A stretch of DNA of 64,000 bases. Origin: Octopus vulgaris. Taxonomy: Eukaryota. The stretch covers positions 215,388,001 through 215,452,000 of the forward strand of contig OX597814.1 of assembly GCA_951406725.2 (NCBI GenBank). Direction: 5' to 3'. The notes under the pieces are model-generated. The model searched no databases, had not been told where the DNA came from, and saw only the letters and a list, made by a program, of their open reading frames with translations. A program made the position numbers and the translations under genes. Below, piece by piece: positions 38,430 to 49,630 of this stretch (position 1 is the first letter of the stretch; every line of letters begins with the position of its first letter).

Positions 38430-40866
38430 TTTTTTCAGATTTTAACGCTGAGGATGTACTATGGCGTTAGCTCTTCACTATTATTAAACTGACGTAACAC
38501 CCCTTATTTCTCAAGCACCCTCCAAGATATTAGAGCTCTTCCAAGCGGTTCTGTTTCCTGCAAGTGCTCCACCCATATTATATCCCCTATTGGTTCAATG
38601 TACTTCTCAAGATCTCTACTGTTCCTAAAGCTCCGACGATTGGTATTACTACCGCCTTTTTCAGCAACTACAACTGTTTAACCTCCTACGCTAAACTTTC
38701 ATATCGATGTTTTTCCTTCATTATCGCATACCTTGTCAGCTAAACATGCTAGATCTATTACGCAGCACTGTTTGCTTTCTTTCTTAATTAGCACTATATC
38801 TGGTTTCCTATTCTCTATCTAAGGGTCACATTGAATCACAAGGTCCCTCAGGATCATTGCATTATCATTTTCGATAATACATTTAGGTTTGTGTTCCTAC
38901 TACTTTTCTACCCTTCGTTGCAAAGTGCCTAGCAAACTGTCCTGGCTATGTTGTCGTGCTGTCTCTTTCTTTCTGGTGTACATCGACTGGCAATAAGCCA
39001 TGCAGTTTCCCTCATTCTCGCCACAAATTCCGCACTAATTACTTTCAACTGTCTGCTCAATTCTGTACTTGATGTAATTAGTTCTTAATACTTGCTCTTG
39101 AGCAGCACCTATCAATACCTCTATTTCCGGTTTTTAATCACATTTAGCCATCCATAGCCACCATTATTTTGGTTCCTATTCTCAACATCTCTATGGAAGT
39201 TTTCATGCATTCTTTTCTCTATCCACCTATTTTCATTTTTACCCATCCTCAAATGCTTGTTTTGTTTATACAATCTCCAATTTTGCACAGGTCTGACCTT
39301 CTTACACCCAACAATAGCCGTTCTGTACATTTTTTATGTACCATGTCGTGTTGTCTTCTCCTCTAATGCTGTATTTGCACCCAATCAGTGCTCTTTCTCT
39401 ACTTTTTCTTTGTACATACAATGTGTCTCTCACTTTTCGGATTAAATACACTATAGCTAGTCAATACTTTCTTATCTTTCGGTTTAAGAGGTTCAGCTCT
39501 TCTACTGTCCATGCGATTATTACAGCTCCATATTTAAGGAGTGAGACTGCCCATGTTTTAATTGCTTTAATCTTATTCCATCCGCTCAATTTCAACTCGA
39601 AACAAAGTCTGAATCTGCACAAGTATTCCACTTTAAATTTTTCCCTCATTTTCTCTTCCATTACTTTGTCCATTCCCGATATCTCCAAGTACTTATAACT
39701 CGCCTCTTCTATTTGCTTTATAACTTCCCTCAATATCATCACCAACCCATCCATGCGTTTAATTTTCCCTCTGTTCAAGATTCTCGCACCACACTTTTTC
39801 AATCCACTCTTCATTCTTACGTCAGTACTAAGCGTTTCCATTATATAAACGAGGGAACTGACCTGGGACTCATTCTTACCGTACATCTTGAGGTGGTCCA
39901 CGAATAACACCTGTTTAACCTTTTGTTGATGACCCTTGAATTGTTACCCAGCCTTAGCTTTTCTCAAAACCATTGTTAGTGGTAGCACGCAAAGAATAAA
40001 AATCAGTAGGGACAGAGAGTCCCCTTGAAAATACTTCTTTTGATCTCCATTGTCCCTAAGCTTCTTCCATATCCTTTCAGTTCTGTCTTCCACTTCTTCA
40101 TACTTTTTCCAAGGAAGTGTTCGACATTAGATGCAAAAGCAAATAGACTCATAACCTCCACGATCCAAAAATGTGGGATCATATTGTAGGCCTTACGTTA
40201 ATCAATCCATAACATGGCCAAATTGGTTTTCCTCCTCTTGAAATCTTTAAGTACTCTTTTACTGTTTTGCTAATCAGAATTTAGTTCTTGTTACCTCTGC
40301 ACTTATTTATGCTTGTGCCCACTCATTTGGTGAAGCTCAATTTCCTTTCAAGAGTCTGTTCATTGACTCTGTGATTATTCCTGTCAATAACCTCCACATA
40401 AGTGGTAAGCATGTTATCGATCTGTAGTTGTCTATTGCATTCCCTTCTGCGCTGTCATTCAACTGTCTTGTCCTTTGTCAGCCACTCCAGTGTCACTTGC
40501 GCAGCATTTAACAAAGTCTTAAGTCGTTAAGTTTATCGTTAATGGCATTCATAACATCTTTTGATCCAGTAGCTTTGAACTCCGTCTGGTCCCGAAGCCT
40601 CCCAATCCCTCATCTTCTTGCTTGACTTGCTTCCCGTCCCTAACCGAAATATATAATTCTGCCTACTGTAGACACACTATTGTTTGTTTCAGTTCTTCTA
40701 GCCATTCATCGTCCTTCTTGTGTTCTTTGTCTTTACTCCCGATGTGTCCCCCAAACTTTTGGCTTTGACTGCTCTCTGGTATCATCACTTAATCTGTACG
40801 CTCTCCAACTACCCTCACCTAAAGAGGCTAACCTGTGCCAGGCCTCAACTTGGTACTTCATACCTC
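38430..40866 (-). pseudogene. 5'-truncated, decayed R4/Dong-clade non-LTR retrotransposon (RT, Zn knuckle, restriction-like endonuclease)
   Basis: Ordered minus-strand motifs: WEASGPDGVQSYWIK, NYRSITCLPLMW, LAMLWID*RKAY, IFQGDSLS, LFVDHLKMYGKNE, YKYL, NKIKAIKTWAV, AAQEQVLRTN, CGICG, RQHDNIA, NRKPDIV; many stops and frameshifts. Confidence 0.9.
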
Positions 40867-41213
40867 ATTATTATTAGTAATATTACTATTACGATCTCCG
40901 CTATTACCGCCATTATCACTTTGTATTAGACATAAACTGAATAAGAAGAATACCCCCAGGACGTGAATTTCATTGTTGATCGATATATGAAACAGAACAA
41001 TACCTGTCAGTTCTATTTTCACCCTCCAGTTTTCTGTTATGTTAAAGGTTGAATGAGAAGACATCTTACTGCTTTGCATCTACGAACAATAACGGCTAAG
41101 ACGTGGTTCCACACTCATTAAAAATTTGGAACCAGAGTTTAAAATCAGAGCCCCACTACTGTGAAAAAAAGCATAAATCCGAAAGAAGAAGCACACTCTA
41201 AGATGTAGAGCTG

Positions 41214-41375
41214 TATATATTAAAAATGCGGAAGGCCGGTTTATGGGATTATCTTAGATTTCCCGTCCATAAGGGGTTTAGTTTTATGGCGTATCAGGAG
41301 CTGATGATACGCCATAAAGCTAAACCCTTTATGAACGGGAAACCTAAGGTAATACCATAAACCAACCTACCCAAA

Positions 41376-41388
<13 letters not shown>
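41214..41388. mobile_element. Fold-back insertion (about 80-bp arms) in (TA)n carrying a hammerhead-like motif
   Basis: Arms 41214-41296 and 41305-41388, loop ggagctga. Confidence 0.75.
41297..41356 (+). ncRNA. Putative minimal type I hammerhead ribozyme (degenerate)
   Basis: CTGATGA 41301-41307; stem II cataaag/ctttatg; GAAA 41339-41342; stem III ACC-taa-GGT; GTA triplet 41349-41351; base of stem II and stem I are imperfect. Confidence 0.5.
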
Positions 41389-41406
<18 letters not shown>

Positions 41407-41410
41407 TTAT

Positions 41411-41585
41411 GTTGACAACCGGTGCTGGTGTGTTTACGTCCCCGTAACTTAGCGGTTCGTCAAAAGAGACTGATAGAATAAGTACTAAGCTTGCAAAGAA
41501 TAAGTCCTGGGGTTGATTTGCTGGACTAAAGGCGGTGCTCTAGCATGGTCGCACTCAAAATGACTGAAACAAGTAAAAGAAAATA
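41411..41585 (+). mobile_element. SINE family C, 3' half
   Basis: ttgacaaccggtgctggtgtgtttacgtcccc...tgactgaaacaagtaaaaga. Confidence 0.9.
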
Positions 41586-41587
41586 AT

Positions 41588-41648
<61 letters not shown>

Positions 41649-41723
41649 CACATATATATATACAGAGGCAACATGCATATAGACCCATTATATTATATAC
41701 ACCTTATATTATACATGTATATA

Positions 41724-41776
41724 CTCTTTTACTCTTTTACTCTTACTTGTTTCAGCCATCCGGCTGAGGCCATGCT
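41724..41776 (-). mobile_element. SINE family C tail fragment
   Basis: ctcttttactcttacttgtttcagcca...ggccatgct. Confidence 0.7.
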
Positions 41777-42344
41777 ATATATTTAACTATATTCATATTT
41801 ATATTTATATATGCACAAACACACACATACCCAAACACAGAGTTACTAAACATAACAGTGTTAATGTTGACTTATATGTCATTTTCCTTTGGCTTAGTCA
41901 CGTTTGCTTTTGTGTGGATTGCTGTAATCTAATTAGTTCAAATAATGCCTGCATTTGTATTCGACAAGAAATTATTGTCCTTGATATTTATAACAATAGC
42001 AATACTAACATAATTTTTTCATGTATTCAATGAATTATTTTTGTTTAAACAGATTATTCAATGTGTATGTGTGTGGTGTGTGTTTATGTGTGTGTGTGCG
42101 CGAGTGTGTGTGTGCGCGCGCTTCTGTGTTTGTATTTGTGCGTGTGCGTGTAGATTTATATTGGCTGATAGATACATAGGAAAGTACATTGATAAGCAGA
42201 TAGATTATTGATTCACCGGATAGGTAGGCTGAAAGACTGATAGATAGACTGCTGAAAAGACAGAGAAATAGACAGAGCTACACAGATAGACAAATCACTC
42301 TCTCTCTCTCTCTCTCTGTTCCTCTCTCTCTCAATATATATATA

Positions 42345-42530
42345 TGGTTGAAATTCAGAAAAAAACAGAAGACGAAGACAGGTATATAAACAATAAGCAA
42401 GCGTATTATTTTGACGCTCAGTAAAATGGGAAAAGTCTTTTACGTTTCGAGCCTACGCTCTTCAGCAGAAAGGAATAAGAGAAAATAAACAGAGGGAGAA
42501 TGAAAAAAAAAAACTCGTACATTTCAGCAG
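42345..42530 (-). mobile_element. Penelope-like terminal repeat fragment (copy 1)
   Basis: Homologous to 48380-48570; abuts (TA)n; contains a hammerhead-like motif. Confidence 0.65.
42437..42472 (-). ncRNA. Putative minimal hammerhead-like motif with variant core
   Basis: cttt-CTGCTGA-A-GAGC gtag GCTC-GAAACGTA-aaag: 4-bp stem I, 4-bp stem II, palindromic ACGT stem III; A6 not conserved. Confidence 0.45.
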
Positions 42531-42926
42531 TAAAAGAAGAAAAGGAGAAAGAAAGAGAAAAAAACTAAAAAAAGGAGAGAGAGAAAGGCAATGTATTCTC
42601 ATACGGAATATAAAGTTCAGAAAGTTCCTAAAAGTTTAAAACTTATGGTAGATTGGAGCGATTTACATGAACGAAAAAAATCCAGTCAAATCCTTGAAAG
42701 TAGAGTCAGTGGTAATCTGGGTGGAATGCGGGTAGGTGGACGAAGAGAGGTGCTGAAAGTTCGGGATGAGGTTCAGAAATGCAAATCCAAAGAGTAGGAA
42801 GTTCAGTCCGGATCAAACTGGGATAACGGCGTGAGCGTATGATATATAGTTGAAATATTTTATATAGATAGATAAAGAGATAGATAGATGGATATATAGA
42901 TATCAATTTCCTTTTCGTGATACACA

Positions 42927-43032
42927 TTCTTCTTCTTCTTCTTCTTCTTCTTCTTCTTCTTCTTCTTCTTCTTCTTCTTCTTCTTTTTCTTTTTCTTCTT
43001 CTTCTTCTTCTTCTTCTTCTTCTTCTTCTTTT

Positions 43033-43064
<32 letters not shown>

Positions 43065-43187
43065 TTCTTCTTCTTCTCCTTCCTCTTCTTCTTCTTCTTC
43101 TTCTTCTCCTTCCTCCTCTTCTTCTTCTTCTTCTTCTTCTTCTTCTTCTTCTTCTTCTTCTTCTTCTTCTTCTTCTTCTTCTTCTTC
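42927..43187. repeat. Long (CTT)n microsatellite
   Basis: Direct reading. Confidence 0.95.
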
Positions 43188-44298
43188 TCTTATATATATA
43201 TACTACATATGTGGAAAATCGGTGTGTGTTTGTTTGTGGCGTTGTTATCTAACTCCTCTTACATCGTTTTATTGATTTTGATGAAACCTGACACGTGAGT
43301 AGAACTCTGAAAACCTCGTGACACACTTAGATTGTTGAAAAACTCGATAATACGGCCCCTGGAAGGGACCTTTATATCTACCTCATAACTAATTTTTTTA
43401 AACCCCGAAGGGAAATAACCCATACCACCTGCACAATATTTTTTTAAACACTCAAGGGAAATAACCCATTTTATTTTTTATGTTCGATTACTTTGAATAT
43501 TGATCTTTTCTGTGTCCAATTTCTAATTTTTGCAGACAATATCACTTTTTTACTTTATTTGACACGTGAGTAGAACTCATGTCTGGAAACCTCATGACAT
43601 ACTTAGATTGTTGAAAAAATCGATAATAGAGCCCATTCAATGGATTCTCCTATCTACTACATATTACTAATACTTTAGTTAAACTACCCAAGGGAAATAA
43701 CCCACACCACCTGCACTTTTTTTGCGAAGCGATCAATATTTGACTCTTACAATCAGCCGACCTAATTCTGCATTTCACTACTCACAGTTTTGAACTGCTA
43801 TTCATTATTATTGCACTTCCCTAATTTGAATCTCTTCATTCATACATTTCTATATATACATACTTTTTTGAATGCCCATAACTCCGATAATTCTGCATTT
43901 TTACAGTTACACTTTCTCCTTGCCAATAGATACTTTTTTTCAAGAACGTATTTGTAGTGGCTTCAAACAGGCATAGCGTGGATTCGATCCTCGATTGCTA
44001 AATTTCACTTAACACTTCAACAGCACTTTTTCTCACGGTAAAACAATAGTTTTTCTGTGAACGACAACCTCCGAAAACCTCTCTCAACAACCTCCGACAA
44101 CCTCTCTAGACAACCTCCGATGATCATTCTTGCCAACCTCTGATAACCTCTCTCCTCTAGCTAACAGTATTTGTACTTTTTCGTGACGGAAAATAACCTT
44201 TTGTGGTAGTTATAACGAAATTGCTTTCTTATATCAGAGTAATAAGGCATTTCGATAGAACATCCTTACCCCCGGGAATTACCAGGTATACCAGCTAG
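43188..44298 (+). mobile_element. Non-autonomous Helitron-like element
   Basis: 5' TC + (TA)n + gtgtgtttgtttgt; 3' ccccgggaattaccagg...CTAG|T; internal duplication 43289-43435 and 43560-43715; acaacctcc tandem at 44064-44150. Confidence 0.7.
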
Positions 44299-44299
44299 T

Positions 44300-44747
44300 A
44301 AAGAATATGAGGGGTCTAGTTAACTTGGGATCCAAACGAATAGGTACGTTGGATAAGTGTCTTAGTTAGTCGACCGTTAAGTTCCAAGATCACAGCTAAG
44401 GCTGGATCTAGGGAATTTTTCCTCTGGAAAAAGATGAGTTGTGAATATTATTCTCCTGCCTATATTCTTCTAACGACTTTTACTTTTTGTCCTTCTGTCT
44501 TATTCCTTTATTCTTCTATTCCATTACTTATAAACTGTGAATTTTATTCCTTGTAAACTGTAAATTTTCCCCGTCTAAAATATTCATACCTTGTCTCTGA
44601 TGACGGGTTACCCTGTGCACGGACATGCTAACTTACTCTTGGGTTATCTCAGAAACGGCTGTACTATTTCAAATTCCCCTTACCCTAATCAAATTATTTT
44701 GAATGACTTGAGATACTCGTTCTGCCCTGGTTTTGATTTTTCCTCTA
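44300..44747 (+). mobile_element. Probable Penelope-like terminal fragment
   Basis: Hammerhead-like motif followed by atgacttgagat, as in the 6.8-kb fold-back. Confidence 0.5.
44591..44668 (+). ncRNA. Putative minimal hammerhead ribozyme (degenerate)
   Basis: CTGATGA 44597-44603; imperfect stem II gggttaccc/gggttatctc; GAAACGGCTGTA 44652-44663 with near-palindromic stem III; stem I poor. Confidence 0.5.
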
Positions 44748-44759
44748 ATATGATATAAT

Positions 44760-45059
44760 TGGCCCAGTGGTTAGGGCAGCGAACTCGTGGTCGTAGGATC
44801 ACGGTTTCGATTCCCAGACCGGGTGTTGTGAGTGTTTATTGAGCGACAACACCTAAAGCTCCACGAGGCTCTGGTAGGGGGTGGTGGCGATCCCTGCTGT
44901 ACTCTTTCGCCGCAACTTTCTCTCGCTCTTTCTTCTGTTGGTCTGCTCGCTTAGCCAGCGGGGTGGCGTCATTTGAAGGCTAAAACAATGCGAAGTGCAT
45001 TGTGACCAGCGATGTGTAGCAACATCTGATAGCCTGGTCAGTCACGTGATCACGTGATG
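44760..45059 (+). mobile_element. SINE family B head with alternative tail 2
   Basis: First about 175 bp match family B, then gctcgcttagccagcggggtggcg...cacgtgat; TSD atatgatata at 44748-44757 and 45060-45069. Confidence 0.9.
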
Positions 45060-45099
45060 ATATGATATATATATACAGAGATAGAGAGAGAGAGAGGGT

Positions 45100-45196
<97 letters not shown>
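45100..45196. repeat. (GATA)n microsatellite
   Basis: Direct reading. Confidence 0.95.
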
Positions 45197-45197
<1 letters not shown>

Positions 45198-45199
45198 GC

Positions 45200-45400
45200 T
45201 AGCACACCCTCGGTTACAACGACGTGTTTCAGTGGATTTGATCAACCAAACACAGTCTACTTATAAAATGAACGTCCAAGTGGCTAAGCACTCTATAGAT
45301 ACGTATCTCCGGGAGATTCAGTGTGACACAGAATTTGACAAGGCTGGACCCTTGAATTATAAGTGCTACACATTTTTACCAGCTGAGTGAACTGGTGCAA
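45200..45400 (-). mobile_element. Older SINE: family B tail 1 joined to a family D-type CORE end
   Basis: tcggttacaacgacg...aagtggctaagcactc...gacaaggctgg (tail 1) followed by cattttt..cagctgagtgaactggtgcaa (compare 54259-54288). Confidence 0.7.
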
Positions 45401-45814
45401 ATTTCAAGTATCCGATCATGACGGTTGAAGGTATTTTGAAAAATATGATGGTTTATATTGTTTATTAACAATGTAGTGATTATGAATCTGTTGGATGAGA
45501 ACGATCGACTGTTGACAGAAAAATGTAAACATGAAAGAGTGAGTTGAATTAAAAACTGGATAATATAAATACACATGAAAATAAGCATAATAATTATAGC
45601 CTAACGGGGAAAGCCCATTTATGAATAAAGCTTGAAGGTGGAAAAGACTTCCCAGAACGATACTCATAGATTCAAGCAACCGATCATCAGACAGCCAAGA
45701 TCATGTAGAATAATATGATAATTTATAAATGTTTACAAACGGTGCAGTGAGAGTTATTTAGAACTCAAGTAAACGTTAAAAAGCAAGTTCATATTGAACT
45801 AACAAATGAATAAT

Positions 45815-46200
45815 TTTTGGAAGCACTCCGTCGGTTACGACGACGAGGGTTCCGGTTGATCCGATCAACGGAACAGCCTGCTCGTGAAATTAACGTGTAA
45901 GTGGCTGAGCACTCCACAGACATGTGCACCCATAACGTAGTTCTCGGGGATATTCAGCGTGACACAGAGAGTGACAAGGCCGGCCCTTTGAAATACAGGT
46001 ACAACAGAAACAGGAAGTAAGAGTGAGAGAAAGTTGTGGTGAAAGAGTACAGCAGGGATCACCACCATCCCTGCCGGAGCCTCGTGGAGCTTTAGGTGTT
46101 TTCGCTCAATAAACACTCACAACGCCCGGTCTGGGAATCGAAACCGCGATCCTACGACCGCGAGTCCGCTGCCCTAACCACTGGGCCATTGCGCCTCCAC
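45815..46200 (-). mobile_element. SINE family B, tail 1, full length
   Basis: Reverse complement of the 23465 copy; TSD aaatgaataat at 45804-45814 and 46201-46211. Confidence 0.95.
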
Positions 46201-46840
46201 AAATGAATAATATAAATCATCTATATACATGAAAATAGGTATATTGATTGCAGCAAAGAAAACGCCTTTGTAGAAATCGAGAGTTTAAGAAAAATATATC
46301 TTAAATAATAAAGATTAAAATTGAGAATTATAGGAAGAGCGAATGCGTATCACGAAAAGCAAAAGGATAATTCTTTCTAATTTTGGCGCAAGGCAAGTAA
46401 AATTTTAGAGGAAGGGCGAAGTTGATTACTTGACCAGTACTTTATCGTATCAAACAGTTGTCATTAAAGAGGTAGTGACTAGGAGTATTACAATTGCACC
46501 TTGGGCTGTTATAATATCCGTTAAGTTTACCAAACCTACTCACAAGCGAGGCAAAGTTTTCGTCGTAAGAATGGATAACTTACGGCTCTTTTTTAAAATG
46601 ATAATAATTGTAGCCCTTGGAAAAATACCTAGATACGAAATTTCCTCTAGCTACAATGATATTTATACAAAATGTTGGGTTGAGCTAGCAAAGCATTCTA
46701 GATCTAGTTCTGCGAGATTTCCCGGGGTTGTTTTCACTGCTAACTCAACAGATCTGTTCATAGAATTCTCTATCGTAACAAAAAGAGGTTGCCTTTAAGT
46801 CCACCTCATATGAAGCCAAGGAAGAGATTCGATAACTTGA

Positions 46841-46844
<4 letters not shown>

Positions 46845-46915
<71 letters not shown>
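46845..46915. repeat. (TA)n microsatellite
   Basis: Direct reading. Confidence 0.95.
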
Positions 46916-46917
<2 letters not shown>

Positions 46918-48036
46918 CGTGTGTGTGTGAAGTGTATTTCGGTGAAAGGTATACCTCTAGGTAATAAATCAAATAAATCAGCGTTTTGATTAAAAACATG
47001 CCGTGTCGATTATTCCGTCCAAATTGTTCCACAAACACTTATTTGCCATTCTTATCAAGGAAATGCATTCAGCACGTATTTGATTTGATGTAAATCTGTA
47101 ATACATGAGGCCATTATTCGCAAAATTTCTGATATAAAATAAGAATAAAAGATGTTTCAGTGAGTGTGTTGTATACACGTTATTGTGCAGGAATGTTTTT
47201 ATTTTCTATTTTATTAAATGCATACTAATTCTCCCGAATCGGGGATAGGTGTTGTTAATCGAACATAAAATGGGTTTATCACTGATGTTGATTTTCGTAT
47301 GACACACAAAAAAGAAATCGATTTTATTATCGGAAAATATTTCTTTCCAGCTGAAGTGATTAATTTGTATAACAAACACGTCTTAGTAACTTTCTTTGCT
47401 TATGGCGTGTTCTTTTGCATTAATTTGATGCATACACAAACAAAAAAAAATTCTAATCTATTGCCATAAGAGAAATAAAAGACAGCTAGCTAAATATCAT
47501 AAATGTGAGGCAGTTCTAATTACTGCAGAAAAACATCTTGATAAACCGTATAGCAGTATATAAAAATATGGCAATGTTTCTGCAAAATCTTTTGAATCGG
47601 AAATTAAATTATGTACACATACAATAACGAAAAGCGAAAGAAAACAAAAGAAACTTATAAACAAATAGGATTTCATTTTCCTATATGAGTTATAAGTTAT
47701 ATATTAAAACGAAATTCTGTATGATAAAAGGTGCATATCATTAAGCAAAACGATATCTAAAGATTTAGATTCGATATTTTTATCCAACCTGTCATGCAAT
47801 TCTTTGAAATATCACGAGTATCTTATGAAGCAAAGTGCCCGGGAATCAATTTTTTCATCCCGCAGGTTTGACGCTATGGTTTTCAAATAACATACTTCTA
47901 AATTTGAAATATTACTTTTGTCCATCAGATTTTTGTAAAATTTTGTTATAGGAATTTCGAGCTTGCATTATTAAAAAGTTTCGTTACATTTACCAGAATA
48001 CAACAAACGAAATGACGTAAAACATATATTCTAAAT

Positions 48037-48065
48037 CTAATATATTATTTCCTTTGTAGGTAAGT
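48037..48065 (+). promoter_or_regulatory. Candidate recursive splice site (3' splice site directly followed by 5' splice site)
   Basis: CTAAT branch-like motif 48037-48041, ttatttcctttg tract, TAG|GTAAGT at 48057-48065. Confidence 0.4.
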
Positions 48066-48379
48066 GTCTCAACTAAAAGCCCTTCAAATAATGAAATGAT
48101 GAAAGGAAATTTCAAATGTCATTCGAAGCTGGATCGAAAGAGGTATTTTGAAATGTTCTTTTTTGTACTTTATGCATCTAATACTTTTTCAATATATTTC
48201 ACACTATGTCCTCTGAGAAACAATATAACAAGGGAAAATGTAACGATTGTAAAGAAACTGTTGACAATGTGTAATATATAGTGATAAATAAGTAAAATAT
48301 AAAAAATATGTGCACATGGTCTTGATAAGCTTTCTTATTAAACTGTTCTGCGACTCCACCGTAGACATGCACTGAAATG

Positions 48380-48570
48380 TTCTTGGAATTTATAGAAAAC
48401 AAAAGACGAAGACAAGTGTATGAACAACAAGCAAGTGTATTAGTTTGACGCTCGGGAAAATAAAAAAAGTCATTTACGTTTCGAGCCTAGGGTCTTCAAC
48501 AGAAAAGAATAAAAGAAAATAAACAGAGAGAAAATGAAAAAAAATTATAGATTTCAGCGGTCCGGAATGG
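48380..48570 (-). mobile_element. Penelope-like terminal repeat fragment (copy 2)
   Basis: Homolog of 42345-42530; minus strand CTGTTGAAGACCCTAGGCTCGAAACGTA around 48471-48506. Confidence 0.65.
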
Positions 48571-48599
48571 CGAATGATTCGAAAAAAAAGAGGTTGTAA

Positions 48600-49630
48600 G
48601 AGGGGGAGATATTCTTATTCATTTCGGACATCACCTCAACAATGAAAGACTTCAGTGAAACTATGACATTGTGAAAATGTCGATTTGTCTCCCTTTCAAA
48701 AACACTCTAAACATATTAGTCCAAGGGACGTAAATCTGACGAGTTTGGAGGCAACTTTGATGTTACATGATTATATACGTTGTCTGATATCCACTCTTGG
48801 TTTACGTTGGCTTTGTGAGAAGGTGCTGAGTTTTTAAAAAATACGTTTGGCCTTCCACTGCATAATTCGTCCATCCAAGGTTTAACAATTCTCTTCTGTA
48901 CCTCAGCATATCCAGCAGCAATAATTATAATACCCTCTGTCAATGTATCATGGTACTCACCACTCCTAAGACTATCACATTTGCTGAAAATTTAGCTTTC
49001 ATCACACAGGGAACATCAAAAGGATCTTCATTTATCCACCTGTCTCTTCTCCTGCTGGACTTTTAGTCTTGGTTGAAAGTTTTCTCATAAAAAACCCAAA
49101 GCATATCATGTTCGTAAGGGTTTTTAACCTTGTTACGTAACCGCTTAGCACCAATCAGAGGGTTACCTCTGTCTTTGTTGGCATGAATTGGCCTTTCCTC
49201 AGTACATAGGACTTGTATTGAATGTTCTGGTGCACAATAGTTCTAATATTTCCCTCCAGTACTTGGAGTTGTTTGGTGATCGTCCTAATTGATAATATTT
49301 TGAACCCATGGAATGAAATGCAATATCGTTACACTGTCCGAAAGATTAGACTGTTATACTTTTGTTTTTGATACAATTGGGAGGTTCCCACTAGAAGCTT
49401 CCAATTCCATCTGAATTTCGTGTACAAAAGATCTTGTAACATTTACAATGTTGGCAGTTTTTAAATTACAGTGTTTCGCACATATGGCAACAATAACTGC
49501 ACGTCGTGTTTCTTGTGCTAGTATTTTATCCGCCATGGCCGATCTGAAAAAAAGTCTAAAAGACTTTCGACTGACTTGAAATGAATACTATACTGATAAT
49601 TAGGTGTCCTCAAATATCCCACGCACGCTG
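48600..49630 (-). pseudogene. Decayed Tc1/mariner maT (DD37D-like) transposon lacking its 3' TIR
   Basis: TA|CAGCGTGCGTGGG terminus; MADKILAQETRRAVIVAI...; WVFYEKTFNQD (FSDEK), VPCVMKAKFSANVIVLGVVS, KNSAPSHKA (QD.AP.H), PPNSSDLRPLD (WPP.SPDLNPLD). Confidence 0.9.

Noticed and set aside
23599-46116. Recurrent ORF MVVIPA..FHHNFLSLL.. in three places
   Set aside because: An incidental frame in SINE family B; recurrence reflects copy identity
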